Part shown: piece by piece, positions 1 to 11,427 of the stretch
Layout of the letters: each line of letters starts with the position of its first letter
How positions within the stretch are numbered: the stretch's first letter is position 1
NCBI GenBank assembly: GCA_000320545.1
Contig: ADNK01001378.1
Location: forward strand, 1 to 64,000
Direction: 5' to 3'
DNA: 64,000 bases
Origin: Bigelowiella natans CCMP2755
Taxonomy: Eukaryota; Protista; Cercozoa
Notes under the pieces: model-generated
What the model was told of the DNA's origin: nothing
Database searches by the model: none
What the model saw: only the letters and a program-made list of their open reading frames with translations
Position numbers and translations under genes: made by a program

Positions 1-422
1 CCCCCCCCCCCCCCCCCCCCCCCCCCCTAAGAAAATATTCGAACCATGTTTTATTATTTTTTTGCGTAAACATTTATGAGAGAAGGGATAGCCTAGCATT
101 TTGCGCAGCCCCCCCCCCCCCCCCCCCCCCCCCTCTGTCTCTCTCTCTCTCTCTCAATCTCTCTCTCTCTCTCTCTCTCTCCCCCCCCCCCTTTTTTTGT
201 TGCACAAACCTCCATCTCGCCATGCTCTTTGCGCACTTCGACGAGTGGTTTTCGAGGATCTTTCCAGAGGAAACGAATGGTGGGGGGGGGGGGGTGTTGT
301 TAGTAGATGAAATAGAAACGTGAAGGGAGGGAGGGGGTGTGAAGTAGGTATGGAAGAGAACAACGAGTAACATGCATCGTCTGTTTTGATTAATGGGCAG
401 TACTGTATATATATAAAATACA

Positions 423-475
<53 letters not shown>

Positions 476-969
476 ATGTGTGTGTGTGTGGTTGTGATAT
501 GCACGCGCGCACTGCGTCGTGTGAAGTCATCATCTATTCGGTAGTACCTTTCTGGAAGCGATCGTACCACGACACATTGGTGAAGGTAGTAGAACGTCTA
601 CGAGATCCATATCTACACCCCCAGGAGGAGCGAGGAGGAGGAGGAGGAGGAGGGGAAGGAAGGAAGGATGAGAAAGGGAGGGGAGGGGGGGGGGAGGAGG
701 AGGAGGAGCACCTGCAACAAGCCTTTACACTCCGCGTATGGCACGAATTTCCCAGTCCAGCTGTGAGACGTGATGATGATGATGATGATGATAATGATGG
801 TGATGATAATGATGATGATAATAATAATAATGATGATGATGACGACGATGGCGAGGTCAGTAGCAGCTCTCTCTCATTGCTAGTGGGTCCGACATTAGCT
901 ACCACCGCGTTGTGTCGGATAGGGTATCTTTTGCACAGGAGGCTTTAATTCAAAAGAAATAAAGCTTCG

Positions 970-1002
<33 letters not shown>

Positions 1003-1071
1003 GTATATCACGCACATAGGCTTGCCCTCCTCGTCTTCTCCGATCTTGCATTTCACAGGGCCTGCAATTCA

Positions 1072-1107
<36 letters not shown>

Positions 1108-1467
1108 ACACGTTATTCGTTCTGTTTTAAGTAAGAGGAGAGCAGAGGAAATAGTAGTAGAGATGCGACGCAGTAGACTGGGTAGATGTAGACGATGACG
1201 ATGATGATGGTGATGATGATGATGATGACGACGCAACCATCGTTGTAGTGAAGAGAAATCGGGACGCCGTTCTTGGTTACGATGGGGATAAACTCCTCCT
1301 TGGGGAATGAACCCTACGAAGGAGTGGGAAAATGAGGATTAGACACAATAAGACGTGAGTGGGAGGGAGGGAAGAGGAAGAGGAAGGGGGGGGGATGGGG
1401 GTGGAGGAAAAGAAAGAGGTGATGCGACTCAAGATACTTTGAAAGAAAAAGTCAGAACAATGTGGCG

Positions 1468-1510
<43 letters not shown>

Positions 1511-1855
1511 TATATCATATAGCCCCCCCCCCGCTCCCTGTTCCAACAGTGACACACACGGTTATTCTAAAAGCGAAGAAGGCGGCGTGAAGGGAGGGCA
1601 AAGATGATAATTTTCGATAAAGATTTGAGATGTGTTGGGAATGTTGTCGCGGTGGTCCTTCCCCCCCCCCTCCTCCCTCCACCCTAACTCACATCAGTAA
1701 TGCCAAGCTTTGATATCCACCTGATGAATGATGAGGTAAACTAATCACATGTTCGCCACGACCCAACATAACGAAAAGAGAAGAGAGAGAAAAGAGAGTA
1801 GAGAAAAGAGAAAAGAGAAAAGATAATAGCGAACAGAGAAAAGAGAATAGAGAAC

Positions 1856-1897
<42 letters not shown>

Positions 1898-2182
1898 AGC
1901 AAAGGGAGGATCCAGGAAGCTGCAACTGCGACACCAACACACTAATGTCATCTCACTACTACTACTACTGCTGCTGCTGCTGCTACTACTACCAGGCATC
2001 CTCATAGTACGCATAGCTCTTGACCAGTGCCTCCCTGATTCAGACAACAACAACAACAACAACAACATCGTCATCGCCAACGAAGAAGAATAAAAGGAAT
2101 GTCAAACCGAACCGCTTCACAAAAAGCTTACGGGTGATTTTGTTTTGGCATTCATCATAACAATTCATCGACCCGATTACAT

Positions 2183-2218
<36 letters not shown>

Positions 2219-2417
2219 ATGTGTTTGTATGTGTGTGTGTGTATCTCTTCCTCTCTCCACTAGTGTTTCCGTACTGAGGAACGATATTCTTCTTTGCAAA
2301 GGAGTCAGGCAAGTCCATGCGCGTGCAGTTAAATGCCGAGAACACAGTCTCACCCTAAGGGGGAGGGGGTAGGGAAGCAGGAATAGGAGATGAAGCAGAA
2401 TAAGGAGGATGCGTGTG

Positions 2418-2456
<39 letters not shown>

Positions 2457-3978
2457 TATTAATTTTTATATACATTATTATTTATTTATAAATTATCACA
2501 TATATCCCTGTCAATTTGCTGCTGCAAGAGGTGATGATGATGACGATGGCGATGATGATGATGATGCTATTAATGATAACAGTGATAGTGGCAGTATTTG
2601 CAGCTAAACCATGAGGTCTTTAGCGCCTTCAACGCCCCGTAAGCTCGCACGAGGAAGGTTCAGGAACAACTGAGATGAGGGGGGGGGGGGAGTACATGAG
2701 GAGAGTGATCTTCTTACACCCTTTTTTTTACAGAACTACCAGCTGAGCAAGAATCCATTGCTCCTACCATGCTACATGCACGTAAGAGCACTAGAACTCT
2801 GAAGCTAAAAATGAAAATGGGATTCGATGATGGCTTGCGCCGCACAGACAAAGGGGAGAAAATACAGATCGGCGTGTGCGGACGGAGCTTCTCTTATCAA
2901 CGTCCGCATATCCTATAAATCATCACTGCCTCCTCCTCCTCCTCCTCCTCCTCCTCCTCCTCCTCCTCCTCCTCCTCACATACCTTGGTCGAGCTGACCG
3001 TTCGGCGTTCTCCTCCTGTGAAGTGGTAGGCAGCGTTATGGGGAGGGAGAGCAACAAAATGGGGGGGGGAGGGAGGGAGGGAGGGAGGAGGAGGAGGAGG
3101 AGGAGGAGGAGGAGGAGGAGAGAAGAAGATTTTATTCGTAAATAGTAGCCGACTGCAGCATAGCAGGAAGAGTAGGTGCTGCAGGGATGGTAGTGTTTGT
3201 TGTTGTTGTTGCGAAGTTGGGGGGGAACATCATCGGGGGGGGTGCTGCCTCCATGGCAATGTACCGCTTGTCTCGATCGTCATTGTGACGTTCCCCTCCC
3301 CATCGCGACCTATAGTTGTTGGAAGGAGAGCAGAGAAATCATCGTACGACGTCAGGACCCTTATTAACTCGAGAGAACACGTTTCGCCGCGCTGAGGCAG
3401 CCCCCCACCCCCCCCTCCCAACACAGAAAGGCTACTACCGTCCTTTTGGAGGCCGATTAACTTGTGCCCCAGGAATATCCTTGCATCTAGGGAAGAAGAA
3501 GGCAAACATAAGGAGGGGGCAGAAGGAGTTTTGGTTGGTGCGTCCTGTGAAGACTTCAAGATCACTTTTTATTTTTATTTTTATCATAGAAAAGAACGCT
3601 TGAACGACCATTTTCTTGCAGTTGCATTATCATTGCTTCGATAGCCGAGCCGTACCCTCGATTCTCCGCTGCGTTGTTATGTCAGCACACCGACAATCTT
3701 ATCACAAACACATCTATTCAATGTGGTGCGTCGCCTCACTTCATGCTGTCTCACCCCGAAAATGAAGGAGGGGGGAACGTGCTGCGATGTGGATCAGGCA
3801 TGTATTGTCCCTCTCACTTACCGTAAACGTCCACTAATTTCTGCAAAGGAGCGTGGTAGTTAAACGCGGGCAGATCGAGTGCCTGTCCGAGGTGAGAGAA
3901 CAACTTACTTCACTTTGTTAAGGAAGAGATATACACAAAAATCACACTCTCGCCGGCTGTATTGCCGTGGACTATTAT

Positions 3979-4028
<50 letters not shown>

Positions 4029-4964
4029 CCCCCCCCCCCCCCACCGAACAGAGTTCAATCGCAGTTCCTACCTCCGCTGCGTCGGGGCATCCAGGGTCCC
4101 AGCATCTGATTATTATCAACGAATACATTTATTACACACTGCCTTCAGCATTTTATCAGTCAGGCTGCGTTGCAATGCTGATGTCGTCGTATGTCGTCAG
4201 TCGTAGTTTGATTGATCCTATTTTCTACTCACTCCGTCTCCAGTTTTAGCTTGTTGAGGATCAGATCGCCAGGAAGATGCATGTCGGGAGAAAATCTGGC
4301 GAAAACTTCAAATTTAAGCGCTTCAAAAGTATTTGCAGGAGATCCCCTCCTCTCCCATCCACCCTCTCTCACACATGTGTAACATGAGGTGCATATGTGA
4401 CACATTGATGAAGGGAATATACCTGTATGCTCCGAGTTCAGTGACGTATGCATCGCCCTCAGCGCTGTCAGGGATCACCTTGTGCTGCACATCAATCACA
4501 ACCACCTCATTTAGCTGTGGCGCCATCGCACACATGTGCATGCGCGACTGCGGGTAAGTAATGATTGGGAAGATGACGATGAGAAGGGAAAACCATTGAC
4601 GTAAACAGGAGAGTAACGACATGGGAGGGGGGAGTGGGAAGCACGCTCTCACCGAGAAGGTCCTGCCCCCGAATCGTGGCGATTTTTCGAATAAGCATAT
4701 GTCACTAGCATTGGCTACATGGCCGCTCTCGAACAACCTATAAGCTGAACGAGGAAACAAGGAGATTAAAAGGTGCATCATGCGACCGAAGCGAGTTTTG
4801 TGGCCACTACCGAAATACACTCCTGCCCAACCCGCCCCGGCGACCGCAAAGGGGCAGTTTAGAGCGTCAGTGTCCAATTCTCGTGGCAAGTCGCGTGTTG
4901 CATGGGCTCCGCCCCAAGCCAGGAGCAGCAGAAGCAGGGAGGCGATGGGTGAGGACATGACCAT
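1..4964 (-). CDS. Secreted flavin-containing amine oxidase / L-amino-acid oxidase-like protein (multi-exon; 3' end uncertain, may run off the window)
   Basis: Signal peptide (MSSPIASLLLLLLAWGGAHA), then FAD-binding GxGxxG (VAGAGWAGVYF..AYRL), the GG motif (LFEKSPRFGGRTFS) and the ELGAYR motif typical of the MAO/LAAO family. Further short exons lie between microsatellite-rich GT-AG introns, e.g. FSPDMHLPGDLILNKLKL, NRGYGSAIEAM and LFLNLPRASL. Confidence 0.75.
407..491. repeat. (TA)n/(TG)n compound microsatellite, representative of many intronic SSRs
   Basis: Direct inspection. Similar (TA)n runs occur at ~1470, 2185, 2420, 16660, 55823, 62240 and 63557. Confidence 0.95.
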
Positions 4965-5049
4965 CGAGGCCAGCAGGTTTTTGAAAGCCAGAAATGGTGG
5001 TAAAAGGGCCCCGTTTTACCCTACGACAACACGATTTTATCGTAAAATA

Positions 5050-6449
5050 AAAAAATGGCCAACACAAAAGATGTCCTTGGATTCCGTTGAGACTTGAGGA
5101 AGTGGAGGTGTGCGATGATCAATTGGCGATGATGCCGTCTGGCACCTCGACGAGCAACACCTTCCAAGCAATGCACAGCAACGACCTTCCCCGTCTCAAG
5201 CGATTGATTGGGAAAAACGCAAATGTTGAGGAGCGCGACCGTTCCGTGGTTGGGAGTGTTGAGTGATTCATGGCAAACGTCGTGGTGTTGGGTGTTGGGT
5301 GTCAGGCAGCTGTTCTTGCTGATTGACTCCACTCCAACGGACTAATTGACGGCCACACAATTTGCAGGCCTAGTTGTAGCAATTGCGACGTGTTTCTACG
5401 ATCTAGTTGCAATTAGAGCCATTGATCACCAACAGGGTGCTGACAAGTCCTTGCAACGAGTGTTGTTGAGGCTCTGCTGCATGCAAACGCCTGTCTCCCA
5501 TGTGGTTCTGGCGCATGTAGATTTGATCAACGCTTTGTTCATTGTTCATTGTTCATTGTCACATGGGTTCACACATTTGACAAAACAGTGGCAGCAGCAG
5601 CAGCAGTAGCAAGAGCAGTGGTGAGCAGTGAGTAGTGGCTAGCAGAAGCTAGCTAGCAGTGGAATCTGGCAGCACTGACAATGCTAGAATGGGCTTGGTG
5701 ACACTGATGGCAGCAGAATGAGCAGTGAGAAAGAGTGACATTTCCATGGATGTGGATCATGATTTGCCATGGGAAACAAACGACCAGCGTTTGCAATTGT
5801 GTGCGTGTGTTTTCAAGACAGTTGTTCACAATGTGAATGTAGATGAACACAAACATCATGAGTGTTGGCATTCAACACACGATGGCTTTTTGCGACTGTG
5901 AAAGCGAGCACATCGCTTTGCACAGCTGCGGATCTAGGGATGTGAGTTGTGATGTGATGAGTCACAAACACATCCAAAGGGATGTTTCATCATCACTTCA
6001 CACATCATGGTGGAGTCCATTTGAAATCATCACAGTGCAGCATTTCCAGATTTGCTAGCGCACGACAACCACCGCTGGGCTGCGCGTTGCAAGTGAAACG
6101 TGCCATGCCATTGCGCCATCCAGTAGACATGCATGCATGTGCATGTCTCGTGCAGATCGAACAATGAACGCCACTGCTACCCGTGACTTCACATGGGGAC
6201 ATGTCCTTGCATTCACAATGGCATTCAACCCTCTTTGAAACCTTCTAGAAATTCTTCAGACTCATCATCTTCGTTCTCCACAACAACTAAGGCTCCATCA
6301 GTTAGTTCTGGAACTATCTGGCGCATCTCTGCTGCAACGTGTTCCGCAAATTCATTTGCATCTCCTCCAAACTTTGTGGGGATCTCGAACTCATCACCTA
6401 ACCACACATGTAGCCACTGTTCTCCAATTCCCCGCTTGGAGAACAGCAC
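5050..6449. other. TpA-purged, CA/TG/CTAG-rich tract
   Basis: Hand count: 18 TpA in 5050-6225, all as CTA or TAG. No [AGT]TA[ACT] occurs until position ~6450. Confidence 0.9.
5129..5510 (+). pseudogene. Decayed ankyrin-repeat gene fragment
   Basis: Reads FQAMHSNDLPRLKRLIGKNANVEERD, then TPLQ, then ADK../SVVEALLHANA. These resemble ankyrin helix-loop motifs but are broken by stops and a frameshift. Lies inside a TpA-depleted tract. Confidence 0.5.
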
Positions 6450-8723
6450 GTACGCTTTGTCCGGAAACAAGTCGTCAGTGCAGAAGCTGGGCAGATTCTC
6501 GTAGTTTGGGTACTCAAAGAGGCAAGCATCTATCACCCCATTATCATCACCATTGCTAGAGTCATCATCTTCTTCGTCATCTATGTCATCGACATCAATC
6601 TCTATTTCTTTCCCCTCCTTCATTTCCGCACCATCGTCATCCAACTCCACCTCCGTCACCCCATTCTCTGTACTCTGAATTTGTAAATTGAGTGTCTTCG
6701 TTGCCATTGCTGCTCTTTCCGCCCTCTTCCCATCCTCAACATTGACTAATGATGCGCTGCTTGCTCGCCCCTCTCCTATTCTTTCCTTACCTTCATAGTC
6801 TACATCATATTTCTTGAGTGTTCCGATGGAAGTTGTGACTGCATCTTGGCGCTTATACTTTGTAAGAAAGGCTACGAGGGGATCGTATTTTCCCTTTCCA
6901 CTCTCTACGACGGTGATGCGTCGCCCCCCATCTACGCGCTCCACATCGAAGAGGTAGCGCACGAAGCTCTGTGCACAGGCAACATGTAGTCGCCGCGTGT
7001 CGCCTGAGCAGTGGGAGCCGATCCAGATTACAACGCTTTCGCCGTATTCCCTGGCAGCAGGTTGCAGCACGAAAACCCCACGGCGGTCGAGGGCACTGAT
7101 GTGTGCGCGTTCCAGGCGTTGGCAGACGAGCAACGGGGATTTACCAGGTGCATGCCGAGCGACACGGAACAACGCGGGCCTCTCCAGGAGGGCCGATTTA
7201 CCCGTGCGGCGGGTGTGGAAGTCAAGCAGGTCACACGTGAATTTGAGATTCGGGCGACACACTCGCCGCCGCGCTTTGACCGCACGGTACGTCGTGTCGT
7301 AGTCGTTGCCAGAACGAAACATGAGGTAGGCGATTGCTACCGCGCATGAACGCGATACCCCCTGGTGGCAGTGGATCAGAACCTTCGACTTCAATGTACT
7401 ACTACTATTGCTATTACTTCTAGGTCCACCGCTGCTGCGTGTGAGCGATGATGGCGATGATAGCCACCGCTCCCCTTCTCTTACGCGACGGACTTCGTTG
7501 TACAACCCGCCTGAGAGCTTCCTTTCCACGCCACCATCGTTGTCACCATCATCATCGCCATCACTGCCATGAAGCGCAGCATCTATGAAAGCGATCGCAG
7601 GTGCTAGGATGGCAGATATATCCTCGCTAACCGAGTCGCGGAGGAAGAAAGTCAGATAGCGGAACCGCTCTGGGAAGCATTCGGGCACAACATCACCTGC
7701 GCAGTTAATAACGTGCGTGATGCCATTGCTCTCTAACGCTGCCAAGTCTCTCGCGACCCTCTCCCCGGCTACATAGATGCGGTCGGCGACTTCGGTGCAG
7801 TCGTTCTCGAAGTTTGCCATTTTTCGGATCTTAGTTTCCAGCCCTGTCACGTTGGGAACCCCACGAAAGTCTAGCAGCGTTTTCTTCGTCCCCCCCGAGG
7901 CTCCTGCGCCTCTAGGCATCTGACGCTGGTTTCCTCCTCCCCCTCCTCCGCCAGCTATTCTGTGGAAGGCGGGGGCTTCGTCATGGCGTATTCCTCTATG
8001 TGTGGGCGCGGGCTCGGAGAACGGGTTTGTAGCTGGTGCATTTGATGATTCACCCCCACGAGCTATTTTAGGAGCCATCATATTATTCATTCTTGGAATG
8101 CCCGAGAAGTTTAGAGAGGGGGCCTCCCTTCTCGCGGGAGCTGGTCTGCGGAAGCTATCTTCCTTCTTGGGCGCACGAAACATCGGTTCAATACCCTGAT
8201 TATCTCTGTCCCTGCAGCTGCTGTTGTCGTTGTGTATGATAACGGTGTTTTTACTCTTTGTGGTGACAGCACTACGAGCGTTGATACCGCTGCCCCAGGC
8301 AGACTTTGCCTCAGGCGCTCGTCGATTTTCGGGTGGTTGCTTCCGTTTGTTCATGTTATTTTCACAGAGGAGGCCGCGCGTGAGATATGGGAGAGAATGT
8401 TTCCTAACTAAAGATATTGAATCGCTGTTGGGGAACGCGGTCGCGAGGCTTTCAAACTTGCCGATGGAGCGGCAAGACAGAACGTTGCTTAAGCACCCTT
8501 CCAATTCTGCTTCAGACCGCCGGAGGACCTCCCCCAACTCACAAGCCTCTGCAAAGCACATAGCCTTGTCTATATTGTTTGCCTTCGATCCAGGGAGTAT
8601 GCAGAGGCGAATTTCTGCCGTTCGGTTCCCCTGAGATAAGGTCCTGATGACTAGTGGATGCCGCACTCCGGAGAGCTCCAGAGGACTGCCCTTTTGTGAC
8701 ATTACTGAAGAAACTCGTGCCAC
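6225..8723 (-). CDS. Dual-specificity protein phosphatase with gelsolin-like C-terminal repeats (plant MKP1-like); additional 5' exons probably up to ~9.7 kb
   Basis: DSP domain (IYVAGERVARD..GITHVINCA..LRDSVSEDI..VLIHCHQGVSRS..VKARRRVCRPN). Followed by gelsolin-like segments (SALDRRGVFVL..VVIWIG; DDLFPDKAYVL..LHVWLG). Confidence 0.85.
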   Translation of the reverse strand: MARVSSVMSQKGSPLELSGVRHPLVIRTLSQGNRTAEIRLCILPGSKANNIDKAMCFAEACELGEVLRRSEAELEGCLSNVLSCRSIGKFESLATAFPNSDSISLVRKHSLPYLTRGLLCENNMNKRKQPPENRRAPEAKSAWGSGINARSAVTTKSKNTVIIHNDNSSCRDRDNQGIEPMFRAPKKEDSFRRPAPARREAPSLNFSGIPRMNNMMAPKIARGGESSNAPATNPFSEPAPTHRGIRHDEAPAFHRIAGGGGGGGNQRQMPRGAGASGGTKKTLLDFRGVPNVTGLETKIRKMANFENDCTEVADRIYVAGERVARDLAALESNGITHVINCAGDVVPECFPERFRYLTFFLRDSVSEDISAILAPAIAFIDAALHGSDGDDDGDNDGGVERKLSGGLYNEVRRVREGERWLSSPSSLTRSSGGPRSNSNSSSTLKSKVLIHCHQGVSRSCAVAIAYLMFRSGNDYDTTYRAVKARRRVCRPNLKFTCDLLDFHTRRTGKSALLERPALFRVARHAPGKSPLLVCQRLERAHISALDRRGVFVLQPAAREYGESVVIWIGSHCSGDTRRLHVACAQSFVRYLFDVERVDGGRRITVVESGKGKYDPLVAFLTKYKRQDAVTTSIGTLKKYDVDYEGKERIGEGRASSASLVNVEDGKRAERAAMATKTLNLQIQSTENGVTEVELDDDGAEMKEGKEIEIDVDDIDDEEDDDSSNGDDNGVIDACLFEYPNYENLPSFCTDDLFPDKAYVLFSKRGIGEQWLHVWLGDEFEIPTKFGGDANEFAEHVAAEMRQIVPELTDGALVVVENEDDESEEFLEGFKEG

Positions 8724-10256
8724 TGTTGTTCCAGCATCAGATGGATATGAAAATATGTGAACAGCAACGTAACACGCCGATGAAACGATCTCCCGGAAAC
8801 CAGACAGCGACGAAACAGGGCGGAATTCAAGCTCCCTCCTGTCATACCGCCAGAGAAGCAGCTGATCGAGTTCTGACGAATGAACGCAAAGGTAGTGTCG
8901 GATCGAGAAGAAAAAGAAGGAGAAGAGGGAAATATTTAAAGGTACACCAAACTGGTACGGTAATTTCCAGTGATACTTGACAGATCACTAAAAATTCTAC
9001 GCATAAATGTTGATGCAACATCATGTGGTAGGTGAAGAACAAAATTAGCACACTATAAAATATAAGCTCAATGAAATCATCGCATCCCAAACCTGGAATC
9101 TGATCATGATACGCTCCGCTGAGATCTTTGCCGCCATCGCCTCTCCCGTTTGTGGAGAGGAGGGCTGTGAAGGGGCAGGCCCTGATTTGGATCGCACCCA
9201 TGCAAGATGAGAGATTCGGGCAGGAGCTGCACTAATGAATGTGAATATTCACTGCGACAACTACGATTATTTGTCGCATATATAGAATTAATGGGGAAGT
9301 AAATCCTGAAACCGTCAAAACGCATGACAGAGCATGGAGCTTTTCACAGAACGACACGAGGTAAAGGCTCTTAGGATCACGGGTCGCACGAGTGCACGAG
9401 TGCAACAATGGTGTTAAAAGGACCGTGTTTCTACAATAAGTCATCTTGATTTGATTGTCTTTAATCAGTAAATCTTCTGCAGCTCTCGGAACTCCAAGTC
9501 CTTTCTTCGATTCCTGTTTTTGGATTTCATTTGACGAGATCTTCCGCAGTGATTCGCCACCGACAAAGGTTTTGACAAGACGCATCTGAAGAATGGAATG
9601 CGTATACCCGACAGGAGAAGGAGTTAGGGAAGTGAAGCTGGGACTTGCTGTCGAGAAATTACATGAGGAGTTCCGAATATGTTCGAGATAGTCCTCATGT
9701 CGTATAAAAAAAATGGATTTTGTTCTGACATATTTATTTCAATAACCGGGCTGTGACTGGGACAGTAAGTCAGATTTCAAAACAATCTATGGGCGGCACC
9801 TCGTCCAGCAGGGCCAATGCCTCGAGGGGCCCTAAGATCTCAAAGAAGAATGCCTATCATTATGCTAAGAAACTTGGTCAAAATTCATTTCTCTCATTTA
9901 AGACACTAGAGGCGTAGTTTCAACTGCATTCACTCAACCGTGAAGGGGACGAAATGGTTTTCATTTTGGCTTCCATCTCTGTGCGAAAAGCTGCATTATT
10001 CCCATCCACTCTTTACTTACGCAAAATCACTCGGAGATGCGTCGCTTTTCTCCCCCCCTTATTCAATTATATGTATCCGTTTTAAGTGTTAGAATGGAAA
10101 TTCAGACGTGACGTTATTTTTCAAAGCTCATTCATGCTGCACTATCATTGTTGATTTTAGATAAACACATCCCTGTTCCACTCGGGATCATAGGAGATTA
10201 GTTCATTCTGTAACCGTCCGAATTTCATCTTTTTGTTGCCATCAGGGATCTCAAAG

Positions 10257-11427
10257 ATGTTGTTTGCCATGGACGAGGGGGCGGCCGAAACAGCCTGGAA
10301 GCAATGCGATGTAAAAGGCAAGGGCTTTATAGACTCAAAGGAAAACGTGTCAGCTTTGTTCAAAGTCACTGCATCGATGTTGCTCCGTTGCCTTCGGGAC
10401 GAGCAGGCCAAACAGGTTCAGGGTGCCAAAGCAAGATTAGGAAAACAGTTCAAACCAACAATAGACAAGCTGTCAAACGCGCTTGGGGCCGAATTAGAGG
10501 ACCTGGAAAATGCAACAGCATTCTTAGAGGCTGTAGGCAGCGATGGGAAGTTAGATAAAACTATATTCGTCACCTGCATGGTCGGGGGTGTGAAAATAAA
10601 CAAAAACGGTAGCTTGGAGTGGGCCTATTTCGCAAAGAAAAACGCAACTATGAACAAAGAACTAGATAAGAGCGCGCCATCGAAGCAAGAAGGGAAGGCG
10701 AAGCAGACAGAGGTCACTCCCCCGAAGAATAGATCGAAGCCCCGGTTGAAATTTGATAGCAGCAGCGACGCAAAAGGAGGAAACCTCGCGGCTCCCAATC
10801 AAGGCCATAAGAAAACGTACTCTGTGAGGCAACTAAAGGTGTTGAATAAGGGCATTTATAGTGGTTCGGAGAACGATTCCTCGAAAGGAAGCGTAGCGAA
10901 GGACTTCGTAACAGAGACCCTTAACTCTGTCAAGGATGTGCCAATTAGCGCCCCAGAGTCTTCTGGGGTTGCTGCTACAGGACCCGCTGCCGTATCCCCC
11001 GTAAAAGCACCTAATGGTAAACCTCCTATCATTATCTATTGCATTATGATCATGCCCACCATCACGTATTGATTTCTAATGTTGTTCCCAGCTGTCACGA
11101 TAGCGGCCTCACCCGAACAAAAGAGAAACAACTTAAATCTGACTGAAACGTGGCAAAAAAGGAAGAGTAAAGCGATGGCGAAATTCGCGACTCTCAGATG
11201 TGGAGGAGAGGTTAGAATGTACCAACAGTTGCATATAATTTTCGCAAGAAGTTCCCTCTAATCTAGCCATAACTATCTTGCCAGGATGGGTACAAGCCGA
11301 AGAAAAAAAAAAAGAAAAAGGTTTGAAAGCGCTTGTCAGCAACATTACAATGTGCATGGGTAATCCTTTTTTATGATTACACTTAGGCGAAGGCGAAGCA
11401 ATAAGCTCTAATGATGTGGTGGAATGA
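10257..11427 (+). CDS. Hypothetical protein with EF-hand-like motifs (multi-exon)
   Basis: Long ORF with AWKQCDVKGKGFIDSKE and a second degenerate loop (GSDGKLDKTIF). GT-AG introns at ~11017-11090 and downstream; ends approximate. Confidence 0.55.

Noticed and set aside
1-30. Poly-C followed by TAA at the window start, resembling a telomere (CCCTAA)
   Set aside because: Single occurrence after a homopolymer. Poly-C runs are common in introns here and there is no tandem array.
74-4249. Many ORF-track entries rich in SLSL, ERER, IYIY and DDDD
   Set aside because: Translations of intronic microsatellites or antisense shadows of the oxidase gene.
5050-6225. CpG-methylation decay or classical RIP as the sole cause of the CA/TG-rich tracts
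   Set aside because: CpG is still present and TpA is the missing dinucleotide. RIP would increase TpA. A contribution from 5mC cannot be excluded.
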